Source: Eledone cirrhosa (taxonomy: Eukaryota). Taken from it: DNA of 64,000 nucleotides. Under the pieces are notes generated by a model. That model was not told the origin of the DNA. It ran no database searches and saw nothing but the letters and a program-made list of their open reading frames with translations. Below, one piece after another: positions 39,281-53,354 of the stretch. The stretch's first letter is position 1, and the number at the start of each line of letters is the position of its first letter. The position numbers and the translations under genes are program-made. The DNA is taken from positions 339,202,001 to 339,266,000 of the forward strand of contig OZ024741.1 of the NCBI GenBank assembly GCA_964016885.1, given 5' to 3'.

Positions 39281-39713
39281 CGTAAATAGCATTTCCAACA
39301 ATAACAAAAACAATATTTGAGATAAAAATACATCCAGTAATATAAAAACAAATAAACTGAAAAATATACAAGCTGAAAATAATTTTTTTTTTTAATATTT
39401 AAAAAGATATGAAATAAATATTATCAAAATATAAAAAAAAATTTTTTAACGATGTAATAAATATTTTTTTCTATTTATTTTTTTCTCGTGAAAATTTAAA
39501 AACAGATAATTGTAAAAATATAAAGCAAAAATATTAAGCATTAAAAAAAGGAAGGACAATAAAAACAAAAAATAGATATATATAAATATAAATATATACA
39601 AACAAAATTTTAAAAAATTTTAATATATTGCAATATTCAAAAATAAAAAATAAAAATTAAATATTATCTTCGTGTAAAATATTAAAATAATAATGAGGAA
39701 TAATGATAACAAC

Positions 39714-39756
<43 letters not shown>

Positions 39757-40674
39757 TTAATGAAAATGATAATAATAAAATTATCATCATCATCATCATC
39801 ATCACCATCAACATCATTATTGTTGTTGTTATTATAAGATTATTGTTTTATATTTTTATCACACTAGATTATTTTGTGTGTTTTAACAGTACTAGATGTT
39901 TTGTGTTTTTATAACACTAGATATTTTTATGTTACTAATTTTATACATTATTTTCTCTATAATATTGATGTTATTTTATAACACTACTGCTATTTTAACA
40001 CATCAATTCTTTTGTTATTTTTTAGTTTTTATAATGTTTATTATATCACGAGGTGGTGAATTAAGAGAGTCATTAGAAACTTGGATTAACAGGGTTGTTA
40101 AAGACTTGGTTTAGCAGTGTTGTGAGAGTTCGGGGTTAACCTTTTGGGGGCGATAAATAAAGTACCATTCTAGTGGTGGTGGATTATTGGTATTGTGAAC
40201 AAGCAGAACATGTTCTATGTTCCTTGAGTTCAAACACTGTCTCCTTCTGCCAAGAGATGCAGCCAGCAGTGAGTATCAGCAATGGAAAGACCAAGGGAAA
40301 CATAATTTCCTTTATCTGATCTGACGATCAGCTCCTTTCTTTTATTTTTACCATTTGATGAGTTTAAGGCTTCTTTGTAAATGTCAGAAATACTCTTTTA
40401 CTCCTTAGTTCAACTCTCTTATTCAGGTATAAACAAGGTAGTATGCTAAGGTTCATAAGGTTGTGGTTGGGAACGGGAAAAGTCCATGTAATAAGCTCCC
40501 TCCTGTAGTTGGGAAACTAAAAAGTAGGTGAATCTACAGCCTTGCATACACCCTAACCCCGATTCCATCACTGCTCTAATTCTGAAGTCTGTGCTCCATG
40601 GAAGAGGACAGTCCAACCTCAGAAAATCCATGAAAGTGAGGATATGTAGTATAACCCTACATACAATGGAAATG

Positions 40675-41030
40675 TCTGCTCCAGCATTGCCCACTCCTGA
40701 AAAGATTATCACACAATGTTACCCTACCTTGCTTCATCCTTGCCCACTCCTTCCTGAAGGAGGTATCATACACTTTTACCCCTACCTTGCTCCACACACT
40801 CCTAACTATCTTGCCCCAGCATTGCCCACTCCTTCTTGAAATGATTATCACTCACTTTCACCTTAACTTGCTCCACCATTGCCCTCTCCATCCAGGAGGG
40901 GGTATCAAACACTCCCAAATACCTTGCTCCAGCATTGTCCACTCTGTCCTGAAGGGGGTATCACACACTCCCAACTACCTTGCTCCAGCATTGCCCACTC
41001 CTTCTTGAAGGTATCGTCCCATACTTCCAC
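40675..41030 (+). repeat. Diverged ~55-60-bp minisatellite
   Basis: About 6 units of CTTGCTCCAGCATTGCCCACTCCTT..GAAGG..TATCACACAC. Confidence 0.8.
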
Positions 41031-42234
41031 CCTATTACATACTTCAACTCTACCCATAAGTTACATGAAATTTTCAATAGGAATAATGTCAAAGTGATCT
41101 ATAGTTGTTTGGACAACTTTACTTCCTCCCTAATTATTATTATAGAAGTAGACTACCATGTACTAGCCTTCAGACTTCCATCCCACAATGCAATTTATTT
41201 ACCAGCAGTATATACATACTGAACATAAATATGTGTATGTGTGGGTGTGTGTATATGTGAATGTCTGTGTGTACTTGTGGCTGTATGTGTGTGTTTGATG
41301 ATATGTATCTGTTTATGTAGGTCTAAATGTTGTCTAGTGAATTTTGAAAATGTATGTGTGCTTGTGTGTGAATGTATGTACAAGTTAATGGATTGTATGT
41401 GTCTATGTACATGTATACATGTGTATGTGCATCTAAATACAGTGTGTATATATATATGTAGGTATGCATGTGTATATGCATGTGTATGTGTGTCTAAATA
41501 CAGTGTGAATATATATTCATTTATGTATGTGTATATGTATGAATGTGCATATGCATGTGTGAATGTCATTTTCATTATGCATGTATGTATATATGATTGA
41601 ACACCAATCTGTGTGTGTGTACATGCACACACCTGTGTGAGTGTAAAGCTATGCATAAATACTGTTTTTGTATATAAGTATGAATGCATGTATTAATGTA
41701 TGTATGTATATGAGTACATACATGTTATATATGTGTGTGAATGTGTATATGAATGTGTGTACTTGTTTGTTATATATACATGTATGCTATATGTATATAT
41801 ATATATAAATAAATACATATATATGTATGTGTGTGTGTGTGGGAGAGGGCACATATAATATATATATACACACACATATATATGTGTGTGTGTGTGTGTC
41901 CATGTTTGTTTGTATGTGTGTTGCTAAATACCACTCCTGTTCGCCAGTTGCCCAGTAGCCATGCAAGTCAAAAGGACCATGATAAGAATGACATGTGAAG
42001 AGACCGTTTAAAGAGAACTGACTCAAAGAGGCAGCATAAAGCAATTCTGCTAATTCTTAACGAGACAGCTATTACCATATATATATTGATGCCGTCATAA
42101 GCAATTGTTTCACTTCGGCAATGGATAGAAAGTCTATGAGATGGCACAATAATTCTCACAGAAATTCTTACAAGAACAAATAGCTATAATTTATGATGGC
42201 ACGAAAGCTATCAGAGAGATTCTGTGAAATAAAT

Positions 42235-42895
<661 letters not shown>

Positions 42896-43309
42896 TTGAT
42901 TTCTCTCATTGGTGGTATAAAGGTCTCTTAATAACAATGGACTCTTTGACATTGTAATGTTGTAAGGACACAGACTGTTGTTGTATTGGTGGTGGTGGTG
43001 GTGGTGGTGTTATAGCGAGTAATGGTTGTTGTGGTGATGGTGGTGATGTTGGTGTTGTTGTTATTAGTGGTGGTTGTGGTATTGGTGATGGTGGTGATGG
43101 TGGTGGTGGTGGTGATGTTGTTGGTGATGGTGGTATTGGCGGTAGTAGTGGTGGTGATGGCGTTGTTGGTGGTGGTGGTGTTGGTTGTAGTAGTGGTGGG
43201 GGTGTTACCTTCTTCAGAGGTAGTGGTGGTGTTGGAGTTGGTGGTGGTAGTGGTGGTGGTGTTACCTTTCTCAAGTGCCAGATGCTGTTGTCATCATTGA
43301 TAATCATAA

Positions 43310-43355
43310 TTTAATTTACATATGTTTCATCCTAATAAGACTTCTTGGAATTAAA
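43310..43355 (-). ncRNA. Degenerate hammerhead motif (same family as 49974-50019)
   Basis: Minus strand reads UUUAAUU-CCAAGAA-gUCUU auu AGGAu-GAAAC-AUAU-GUA-AAUUAAA. Confidence 0.5.
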
Positions 43356-44139
43356 TAAGATATAGATACCTTAAGAGCGTACCGGAGAACACATTGTTTA
43401 TATAAAAAAAAAAACAACTTAATAATAAGTAGTCTTCAACACATGTATCATGACAAGTATTTCACATTGGCACTCAAACGAATAATTATACATTAAAATC
43501 TAAACTATAATAAAGGAAGGTCTGCGGGATTGCGTACGCTTTATTTCTTTTAATCTAGTTAGTAAAATAAGTTGGATTACTTTGAATAAATAATGAATGA
43601 ATATTACATAATTTATGTACTAAATTTCGCAAGCAAACAATTTCGCAAAAATAAAAAAAATAAAATTGACTTCTTTTCAAAGTTGCACTTCAGGTATATC
43701 GTCGCCACCACCACCACCACTTCAACTACCATATATATAGAATGAGTGTGTGATGAGAGAGATAGAGAGATTATGATTTTCTACACGCTGACGCGTATGA
43801 GTGTGCACATACATACATCTATATGTATTTAGTATATAACTATAATAGCGCAAACACAAACTTATAAAAATACACCCTCACGGAGATAATTCACACAAAT
43901 ACACATACATTTACACATACTTTCACACATACATTTACACAAACACACGCATAGTCATGATAGCAGTGTTCGGTGAAATTAGAAATGGGAGGGTGAAACA
44001 AGTATAACGTTTTATTTATTTATTAACTCTTTATTTATTTATTAACTCTTTTTTTTTTCTAAACTCATTTAATATAATGGTTACAGAACGAAAACACTAA
44101 CAAATATAATATATACAAAGGAAAGGGAAAGGAAAAAAA

Positions 44140-44720
44140 GTAAGAGAAAAATACACAAGCAAGTAATACACTCATCTTAGGCCACAGAACAAAATGCAGG
44201 TGAAAGAGTGGAAAAAAACGAGCCGCTACCAGAGCAAAAGATAGCAATATAGCGAGGAGCACTGGGAAACCTCTCTAATAATTTTTGAGGCAGGCCAACA
44301 AGCTCGCAGCGTTACCTGGGGTGATGGCAAGGCTGAGGTGCTGGAACAACCAAGTACCCTCACGAGCATCACCAGTTACCTCTGTTTGGCGAGCCGCCAG
44401 TGAAGATAAGAATCTCGCTGTCACCAAATGTCTCAAACACCACAGGCTGGATAATTTAGTTAGCTGACAGAACATGGTATTTTAGGATTTTGTTCCGTTC
44501 AGCTGTGGATGCTGTAGCTCTCACCCTTACCGCTGTATCCAGGATGTGGGACGGAGTAAAAGAGTCACTAACTGTGACGTCCCAGGTAAGATACCTGCTT
44601 TTGACCAGGAGCACAGAGTAAGACCGTCAAGTCTTTTCCCATCAATTCTGGATAACCCAGACGGTTCCAAAATTGAGAGGATGTTTTCCCGGGCCAAAGC
44701 TCTTGAGTGGTAATAGGCCA
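44140..44720 (-). mobile_element. CRE-like (RLE) non-LTR retrotransposon 3' remnant
   Basis: RIDGKRLDGLTL (RxDGKRPDG-like) and TGDAREGTWLFQHLSLAITPGNAASLL. Homologous to 52280-52690. Confidence 0.75.
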
Positions 44721-44909
44721 GTGTGTGTATGTGCGCGCGCGTGAGTTTGTCGGTGTTCTTAAATTAGAGACACGTGTGTGTGTCACTGTTTTTAAGTTAG
44801 ACATATATATGTGTGTATTCCTTTCCTTCCTTTTACACACACATACATTCGCACAAACACACATACACATAGCGTGATGGAGGGGTGGACAGAAGTCCTT
44901 CAAATTTAT

Positions 44910-45335
44910 ATACATGTGGATGGAGTTTTATTGAAGCAGTTAGAGAAGTTCAAGTATATTGGAGCCGTGTTCATGAGTGATGGAATGCAAGAGGCTGAAT
45001 TAAGTGCAAGAATTGCAAAAGCTGATGCAGTAATATGCCAGCCTCAGCAATCAGAAGGTGTAAAAGCTAAACTCACTGTCTTCCTGGTATTCCTGCCAAC
45101 TCTAACCGAGGATCATGAATCTTGAGTAATGACCAAAATACAATTGCAAATAAAAGCGGCAGAAATGGGATTCCTCCGAAGGGTCTTTGGAGTAACGTTA
45201 CTCGATAAAGTGCATAACTCAGGGACCAGAGGGTCACTCCTGGTAGAGCCACTACTTCTCCGAATTGAGAGATCACAACTCCGATATTATGATGAGCTTG
45301 TGGTTAGAATGTCTCAGTAAAGAATCGCTGGAGAC
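44910..45335 (+). mobile_element. RTE LINE C-terminal remnant
   Basis: LEKFKYIG, ELSARIAKA, AAEMGFLRRVFGVTLLDKV and LLRIERSQLRY. Confidence 0.85.
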
Positions 45336-45344
45336 ATAATAAAT

Positions 45345-47295
45345 GATTATAATGTGGGTAAAATGATTATTGTGGGTAAAATAATTATTGTGGGTAGTGG
45401 TAGGTAAAATAATTATTGTGGGTAAATTGGTGGGTAAAATAATTATTGTGGGTAAAATGGTGAGTAAAATCATTATTGTGGGTAAAGTTGTGGATAAAAT
45501 GATTATTGCGGGTAAAAGTGTGGGTAAAATGATTCTTGTGGGTAAAGTGGTGGGTAAAATAATTATTGTAGGTAAATGGTAGGTAAAATAATAATTGTGG
45601 GTAAAAAACGGAACCCCCCAAATAAAAAACGGACCCCCCAAATAAAAAACGGATCCTCCCCTAATAAAAAAACGGACCCCCAAATAAAAAACGGATCCCC
45701 CCCCAAATAAAAAAATGTACCCCCCAAATAAAAAATGAACCCCCAAATAAAAAACGGATACCCCCAAATAAAAACGGACCCCAAATAAAAACGGATCACC
45801 CCAAATAAAAAACGGATCACCCCAAATAAAAAACGGATCCCCCCCCCCCAAATAAAAAATGGATACCCCCAAATAAAAAACGGATCCCAAATAAAAAATG
45901 ACCCCTCCCCTAATAAAAAACGGATCCCGCCAAATAAAAAACGGATCACACCCCCCAAATAAAAAACGGATCCCCCCAAATAAAATACGGTCTCCCCAAA
46001 TAAAAAATGGATCCCCCTCAAATAAAAACGGACCCCATCTCCGAATAAAAAACGGATCCCCCCCAAATAAAAAACGGATCCCAACCGAATAAAAAACGGA
46101 CCCCCCCTAAACAAAAAACGGACCCCTCCCAAATAAAAAACGGAGCCCCCCGAAATAAAAAACCGATCCCCCCAAATAAAAACGGACCCCCTCCCAAATA
46201 AAAAACGAACCCCACCCCAAATAAAAACGGATCATTCCAAATAAAAACGGACCCCCCAAATAAAAATGGACCCCCCCCAATTAAAAACGGACCTCCCAAA
46301 TAAAAAAACGGACCCGCCCCAAATAAAAAACGGATCCCCCCAATACAAATGGACCTCTCCCCCCAAATAAAAAACGAACCCGCCCAAATAAAAACCGGAC
46401 ACCCCCCAAAAACGGACACCCACCTCCGAAATAAAAGACGACCGCCCCAAATAAAAAACGGACCCCCAAATAAAAAACGGATCCACCCCAAATAAAAAAC
46501 GGAACCCCCCTCAATAAAAAACGGAGCCCCCCAAATAAAAAACGGATCCTTCCAGAATAAAAAACGGATCCCCCTAAATAAAAAACGGATTCCCCAAATA
46601 GAAAACGGACCCCACCCCCAAATAAAAAACGGATCCCACCCAAATAAAAAAACGCCCCCCCCCCCCATAAAAAACGGATCCCCCAAATAAAAAACGGATA
46701 CGCCCCAAATAAAAAAACCGACCCCCCCCCCGAATAAAAGACGGTCACCCCGAATAAAAGACGGTACCCCCCAAATAAAAAACGGATCCCCCCCAAATAA
46801 AAAACGGATCCCCCGCAAATAAAAAACGGTCCCCTCCAAATAAACAACGGACCCCCAAATAAAAAACGGATTCCCCCAAATTAAAAATGGACCCGCCCCC
46901 AAATAAAAATGGGACCCTCCCAAATAAAAACGGGACCACCCCCCAAAAAACAGACCCCTACCTCCTAAATAAAAGACGGATCCCCCTAAATAAAAAACGG
47001 AACCCCCCCTAAAGAAAACGGACCCCCCAAATAAAAAACGGAATCCCCCTAAATAAAAAACGCACCCCCCAATAAAAAACGGATTCCCCCAAATAAAATA
47101 AGGATTATTGTGGGTAAAATAATTAATGTGGGTAGTGGTAGGTAAAATAATTAATGTGGGTAAAATAATTTATATGGGTAAAGTGGTGGGTAAAATAATT
47201 ATTGTGGGTAAAGTGGTAGGTAAAGTAATAATTTTGGGTAAAATTGTGGGTAAAATAATGATAGTGGGTAAAATGGCAGGTAAAGTGCTGGGTGA
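45345..47295. repeat. Nested minisatellite: ~1.5 kb of ~23-bp CCCCAAATAAAAAACGGA units (45605-47097) inside a GTGGGTAAA(ATAATTATT) array
   Basis: Direct inspection. The flanking arrays begin with near-identical sequence (45367 and 47103). Confidence 0.92.
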
Positions 47296-47649
47296 AATCA
47301 AGAAAGGAAGAAAGAGGGTAGGAAGTGGAATAAAGGGAAAGAAGGGGTTGGAAGAGGCAGAAGTGGAAGAATGGGAGGAAAAACATCAAGGGAAGGAAGG
47401 ATGGAAAAGAGGAGGGAAGACAGCAGGTTAAAGAAATAGGGAAAGAGAGGTTAAAAAATAGGGAAAAGTAGGGAAGAGGGGTCACGTAAAGTGATATATG
47501 TTTCTTTCACAAGAAATTTGAAGCAAAAGATACCAAGTAACCATGTAACTTCAATAGCTCTTCATCATCGACTCTGGGAGAAACTCTAGGACCAACTACC
47601 AATAAATACCCTGGTGGTCGGCAAACATGATCAACTGTCCTGTATGTCT

Positions 47650-48310
47650 ATGATCAGATCTCCAGTCAGATTCTTAATCGATACAGAAGTAGAAGTCAGT
47701 GTCATCCCGGCATCTGCAAACGATCTCCGTTATTGAGAGGGGAGTCAGTGGCAGCTGCCAATGATTCTACAATCAAAGCTTACAGATACCGTACTCTCTC
47801 CCTCCACAGAGGCTCACTGTAATATACATGGACATTCACCGTCGCTGATGCCAATCAGTCTATCATTGGAGCAGACTTCCTTCGGGCTCACTCACTGCTG
47901 GTCGATAATCAGGGGAGACGACTCGTCAATAGCAGTAAGTTCTCGGAATTCCTTTTGAATTACCTGAAACTCATTATCATGACATCTCCCATTCCACAAC
48001 TCACCACAGAGTAAAGCACTACATTCCAACCACCAATTCTCCAGTACACAACAGTGTATGTCGTGTACCACCAGACATATTTGCTATTGTGAAGGTCAAA
48101 TTTGACAATATGGAAGCTTTGGGCATCGTTCATCGATCAAACCGTCTCTGGTCTTCCCCTCTACACGAAGCGCCAAAGCCCAATAGAGCTTGGCGACCCA
48201 GCAGGGATTATCGCTGTCTTAACAAAAGTACCCACCCTATTGCTACTCCATTCTGCATATACAAGGCTTCTCAGTTCAGTTAGCAGAGTGCTCGATTTTC
48301 TCCAAAATCA
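47650..48310 (+). mobile_element. Ty3/Gypsy pol remnant (protease plus RT start)
   Basis: LIDTEVEVSVIP, VADANQSIIGADFLRAHSLLVD and GIVHRSNRLWSSPLHEAPKPNRAWRPSRDYRCLN. Confidence 0.8.
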
Positions 48311-48880
48311 ATTACCTCTACTAGATGATAACATGTAATTACAAAAAGAAAAAAGAAAATTTAGATCGAGAAGAAAGAATGGAGTGTAAAATAAGAAAAT
48401 ATTTAAAAAAACGGAAAAAGAAAGATATGGCAAGGGCTCTAGTATTATTGTAATTGGGGAAACGCCTTCTCCATTCTGTCTGCTGGGGCTGTGGGGGAGG
48501 CCAGCACGTGGGACCCCATTTGCTCACGATACGGAGAGATGGGGTGGGTGAGAGAGATGGAGGCGATGACAGTGGGAGTTTGGCTCTTCCACATTCGGAC
48601 CATATCCTTGTGGTTGTGTTCACCAAGCCCTAGTGCAGTAATGGGATTGAGTTAAACCATGCAGCTATGTCACTGTTAATCTGTGATATATTCAATTAAA
48701 ATTCTCTCCTAATTAAGGCATATACTTTGGTTGTTAAGCAGGATGCATGTAGACCTCAAGCCCCCACCTATTGTAGTAATACTTTTTGTATCCCTTGTTT
48801 AATTTTCACACTATGTAATTTTTCTCATATGGTTCTTTTTGATATTTAACATGATCATAAGCAATGTTAATTCTTTTACA

Positions 48881-49061
48881 TAATTGTTTCTACTTTAGGC
48901 CCAAGGCCAGCAATTACCCAGTGCATTACTGGTACTTTATTTTATCGACCCCGTAAGGATGAAAGGCAAAGTCAACTTCGGCGGGATTTGAACTCAGTCT
49001 GTAAAGGGACGTAACTATGCTGGAAAGCATGGCGTCCGACCCTCTACCGATACTGCCAATC
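48881..49061 (-). mobile_element. SINE
   Basis: Same family as 10575. Confidence 0.9.
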
Positions 49062-49446
49062 ATTCTGTATACATGCCAAAGTTTTCTGGAAAGAGGAACA
49101 ATGTAACATGTTCAATTCTACACACACCCATACCATCTCCATGCTAATATGCACAGTACAATACATATGTATACATTTCGAACTAAGAATTAGAGAACTA
49201 ATCTTGTACAAACCATCAAAACCAGCGCAATAGATACTAAGTTCATCCAGATAAATGTCAGTGTGTGGGAATGTATATATGTAGGTAGAGTTTCGGGGAG
49301 CTACCAACTTCAAATTTTTCCCCGCTAAATAATTGTTATAGTATGAGTTCCGCTTCTGGGGTAATATGTATTAGAAGGGTCACTAACTATAGAAGGGTCA
49401 CTAATCTATCCTGTTCTTATTAATTTCGATAATTTATATACATCTG

Positions 49447-49507
<61 letters not shown>

Positions 49508-49509
<2 letters not shown>

Positions 49510-49707
49510 CGAAGGAAATGTGGTAAGGAACCAGGTGGACCATAACGCATCAAAGTACTCAATACTTAGGGTAGTAGAGTGGGTAATAGGAACCAGTAAG
49601 ACCCCGACGGCTGAGCTCAAGCCGTTTCGACGGCTAATTCTGGACTGTCCAGAATTAGCCGTCGAAACGGCTTGAGCTCAGCTGTCGGGGTCTTACTGGT
49701 TCCTATT
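49508..49707 (-). mobile_element. Fold-back half-hammerhead element, family A copy 3
   Basis: Palindrome centred at 49646, highly similar to 8615-8816, with (TA)n flanks. Confidence 0.75.
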
Positions 49708-49737
49708 ATATATATATATATATTGACTGATATATGC

Positions 49738-49784
<47 letters not shown>

Positions 49785-49973
49785 TGTGTGTGCATTTATA
49801 TGGATATGTATATGTGCAGTTGTATGTGTTTGTACATTTTGGCATTTATCTAGATGAACATCGATTGCGCTAGTTTTAATAATTTGTACAAGATAAAATG
49901 AAATGTATACAAAACTTTCTCCGGTGCACTATGTTGTTTGACGAGATGAATTTGTTGAGGTATCTATATCTTA

Positions 49974-50019
49974 TTTAATTCCAACGAGTCCTATTAGGAT
50001 GAAACATATGTAAATCAAA
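49974..50019 (+). ncRNA. Hammerhead motif with one core substitution
   Basis: UUUAAUU-CCAACGA-gUCCU auu AGGAu-GAAAC-AUAU-GUA-AAUCAAA. CCAACGA is one CpG transition from CCGACGA. Confidence 0.55.
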
Positions 50020-50044
50020 TTATCATATAATTAACAGTGTTTGG

Positions 50045-50102
<58 letters not shown>

Positions 50103-52045
50103 ATATGAAAATTGAAATAAAAAATTAGGAGTGTATAAACCCACTGAATGGAAAAAGATGAGTATCAGCACACATGGGATTTGAACCCACACCTCTCATT
50201 TACTGGCAAAGCATTCTAATTTTCTATTTCAATTGTCAAACTTCACTCGCCACTTTCTAAACATACTTCCACATATATATATATATATGTATGTATATAT
50301 ATGTATATGTGTGCGTCTGAGTGTGTGGCCTACTTATTAATCACTTGGTTGAAATAAATTTCATGATAGAAAGAACAATCAAAGTTACTCACTTCTTTTT
50401 ATTACAAATAAGTTAATATTTTATATTTGCTTTATGTCAATTAATTGTAATATGATTATTATACATGACTATTAATTATTTTACCATCCAATAATATGAA
50501 TATTAAACATTTTTTAATGTTTATACATATTGCTACTTATGGAATGGTCGAACATTGTAGCGTCGCAGACTTTGTGAAGTGTTAAGCAATTAGTCAATTA
50601 AACTTTTGTGACTGTGTTTCTAATGAAATATACTCTGTTTCAATTAATTAATGAAGAATTTTAAAGGGATTTACTAAAATTATTAATTGTTTCATTATTA
50701 AGATAGTAACTTAACAAATGGTTCTTCTATAAAATTATGTCAGAATATTCTAAATTTAAATAGGAACCTCTTAAAATGTGTTTATTTTTTCCATTGAACA
50801 AGAAGTCAGTTTCAACTGGGTTGGTGTCAAAAGGGTTAAAATGTGTGATCCTGACAGTTATTAGCTTAACTCTTAACATCATTTAATGATTTGGCAGAAA
50901 ATATCTAAAAAGGGATTTGGTAATTCAAATGTTTATAGTATCTTTGTGACTGGACATATTGTTGTCAACATCTGAAACATCTCATAATATCCGTTAATGA
51001 TTTAACAGAAAATATCTAAATAAAGTTTGTTAATTCAAATGTTTATTGTATCTATAATAGTCGACAATTGTTGTGAAACTTTGCAGTATTAAACCAATGA
51101 GGTCAATTTTCTTTTTATGTGATGCCCTCATAGAATTGTTTTGTACTTTTCAAGAATGTCTTGCTAATATGGTTTCACATGGTACAAGACATTGTGAGTT
51201 AATGTGTGAAGACTAAGATATATTCACGGTTAACATCAAGAAATAATTGAGCAGAAAGTACCTAAAAATGGTTTTCTTAATTGAAATGTTTGTAATATTT
51301 TTACTAGTGGAAAGATTGTTGTTAAAATTTGTAGTAAAATAAAGGGAATATTTCTGTATGTTACAAGATGTAGTCATCGTGTTGTTTTATACTTTTCAAC
51401 AATGTGGTTTCGCGTGGTACAGGAAAGTAAGAGTTAATAGAGAAAACAAAGAAAGTGTAACATTTTGAGAAAGGTTTATGGAATAATGAAAACAGTATCT
51501 TTTCCAACATTTAATCTCCTGAAAGAAGATTACAAAAATGTTAATATTGTACAGAATATTATCTTGGAACATCTAATAAAATTGATAATGGAATTCAGTC
51601 ACTAAATTCTAATAGAATATATTGAGAAAAAGAATTGGCTATGAATTCCATTTAGTACAGACATTAACAATTTGCAAATGGATTCTGTTAATATTAACTT
51701 TGCTTCACAACCACATGGTTTGGGTTCAGTCCTACTGTGTGACAACTGGGCATATGTCAGCGGAATTTGGTAGATGGAGGCATCTTAAGCTCAGTATGTG
51801 TGTGTGTGTGTGTGTGTGTATGGTCCTGTAACTCCTGATTGAGTCGTAGGGATGCTGTATTGACATACAGAGTTTCTTGGGCAAAGTTGACCTCGGTGGG
51901 ATTTGAACTCAGAGAGTAGAGAGCCAGAACGAATACCATAAAGCTTATGCCCGAAACGTCGTTCCCCACCCACCCCACTCTCAAGAGCGTGAAACTAATA
52001 AACCTTTGTTCGTACTGCCTCCCTGTTTTGTTCCCGTTCCATTTT

Positions 52046-52118
<73 letters not shown>

Positions 52119-52279
52119 ATATATGTATGACTGTCCATATCTACATTTACAAGGGTGGGCTGAAAAATCCATAAGCTGACTTTAAGAATGATGCTAGAGC
52201 TGTGAAATCATGCATGCATTAATTTCATCTATTGTTATTAATAACTGGCTTGTTTCTTTATAGGGATTAAGTTGAAAAA

Positions 52280-52690
52280 GGTTAGCACATACGTCTGGGA
52301 CCACATACAATAAAAGGCAGGCGAAAGGGGTGGACAACCGAGCCACTACCAGAGTAAAAGATAACAGCATCACAAGAAGCACTGGGAAACCTCTCTAATA
52401 ATTTTTGAGGCAAGCCAGCATGCTCACGGCGTTATCTTGGCTAATGGCAAGGCTGATGCGCTAGAACAACCAAGCGCCCTCACGAGCTTCACTAGTTACC
52501 TCTGTTAGGTGAGCCACCAATGAAGATAGGAATTTTGCAGTCAGTAGCTCGCAAACTTCTCGAACGCCACAGGCTGGAAAATGTAATTGGCCGACAGATC
52601 ACGGTATTTTAGGATTTGGTTCCATTCGGCTGCGGAAGCTGTGGCTCTCGCCCTAACCGTAGCATTCCTTGTTGGAACTTGTACATGTTG
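52280..52690 (-). mobile_element. CRE-like retrotransposon 3' remnant, second copy
   Basis: ILKYRDLSANYIFQPVAFE, with the same C-terminus and 3' UTR as 44140-44500. Confidence 0.72.
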
Positions 52691-53354
52691 GAGAGGAGAG
52701 GATGCTGCCCACCAGGGCAGAGAAAGCGTGGGTGGAGGAAACAAAGCAAGGGAGAAAGAGGGACGAACATTTACGAAGACCAAGACCCCCAAATCGTTTG
52801 GGCAATGCAGCCTGATCGCGGGACCAAGCACTCGTGTCTTTTGAAGATTAGATCATTGAAGCATGGAGGCAGGATGGAAATTTGTGAGAAGGGATCATCC
52901 TAAGCATATATAGAAACTTACGAATCGAGAGGTAGTTTCTGAGTATGAAAACATCTTGATGGGGTTCAATTGCTTCAATATTCTTCAGCAACTACTCAAG
53001 GCCAATAATCTTCGATTGGAAGATTGACTCGAAGGCAAATCTGTAATTGGGGTTCCTAAGGAGCACCAATCTGACGGGGAGGGACCGCAATGGAAGAGAA
53101 GGACTCTGTAAACAGGTCAATTGTCTGTTGATGTTGTGGAGTAGTAGAAGCACTGTCAAACAGCGTGTCTAGGGCACATTTAAACCTGGCGGAGCCCAAC
53201 CCTCTCCAGGTCTGAACCCAGCCGATGTTTTCTATAGAGGAAGAATCGACCCCAAAACTGGACTGGTACTTTTTTTTATCGACCGCGAAAGGATGAAAAG
53301 CAAAGTTGACTTCGGCAGGATTTGAATTTAGAGCACGCAATGAGGTGGGACAAA

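Noticed and set aside
45605-47097. CRISPR-like array (constant core plus variable spacer)
   Set aside because: The linkers are only about 5-12 nt of poly-C variants rather than unique spacers, there are no cas genes, and the context is eukaryotic.
50160-50220. tRNA gene (GGTTCAAATCCC B-box on the minus strand), and likewise the SINE heads
   Set aside because: No complete cloverleaf. These are tRNA-derived SINE remnants.
50760-51436. Old MITE-like repeats ending in (G/A)GTTAA, with related pieces at 24730-24900 and 35250-35310
   Set aside because: The similarity is visible, but boundaries, TIR pairs and TSDs could not be fixed by eye.
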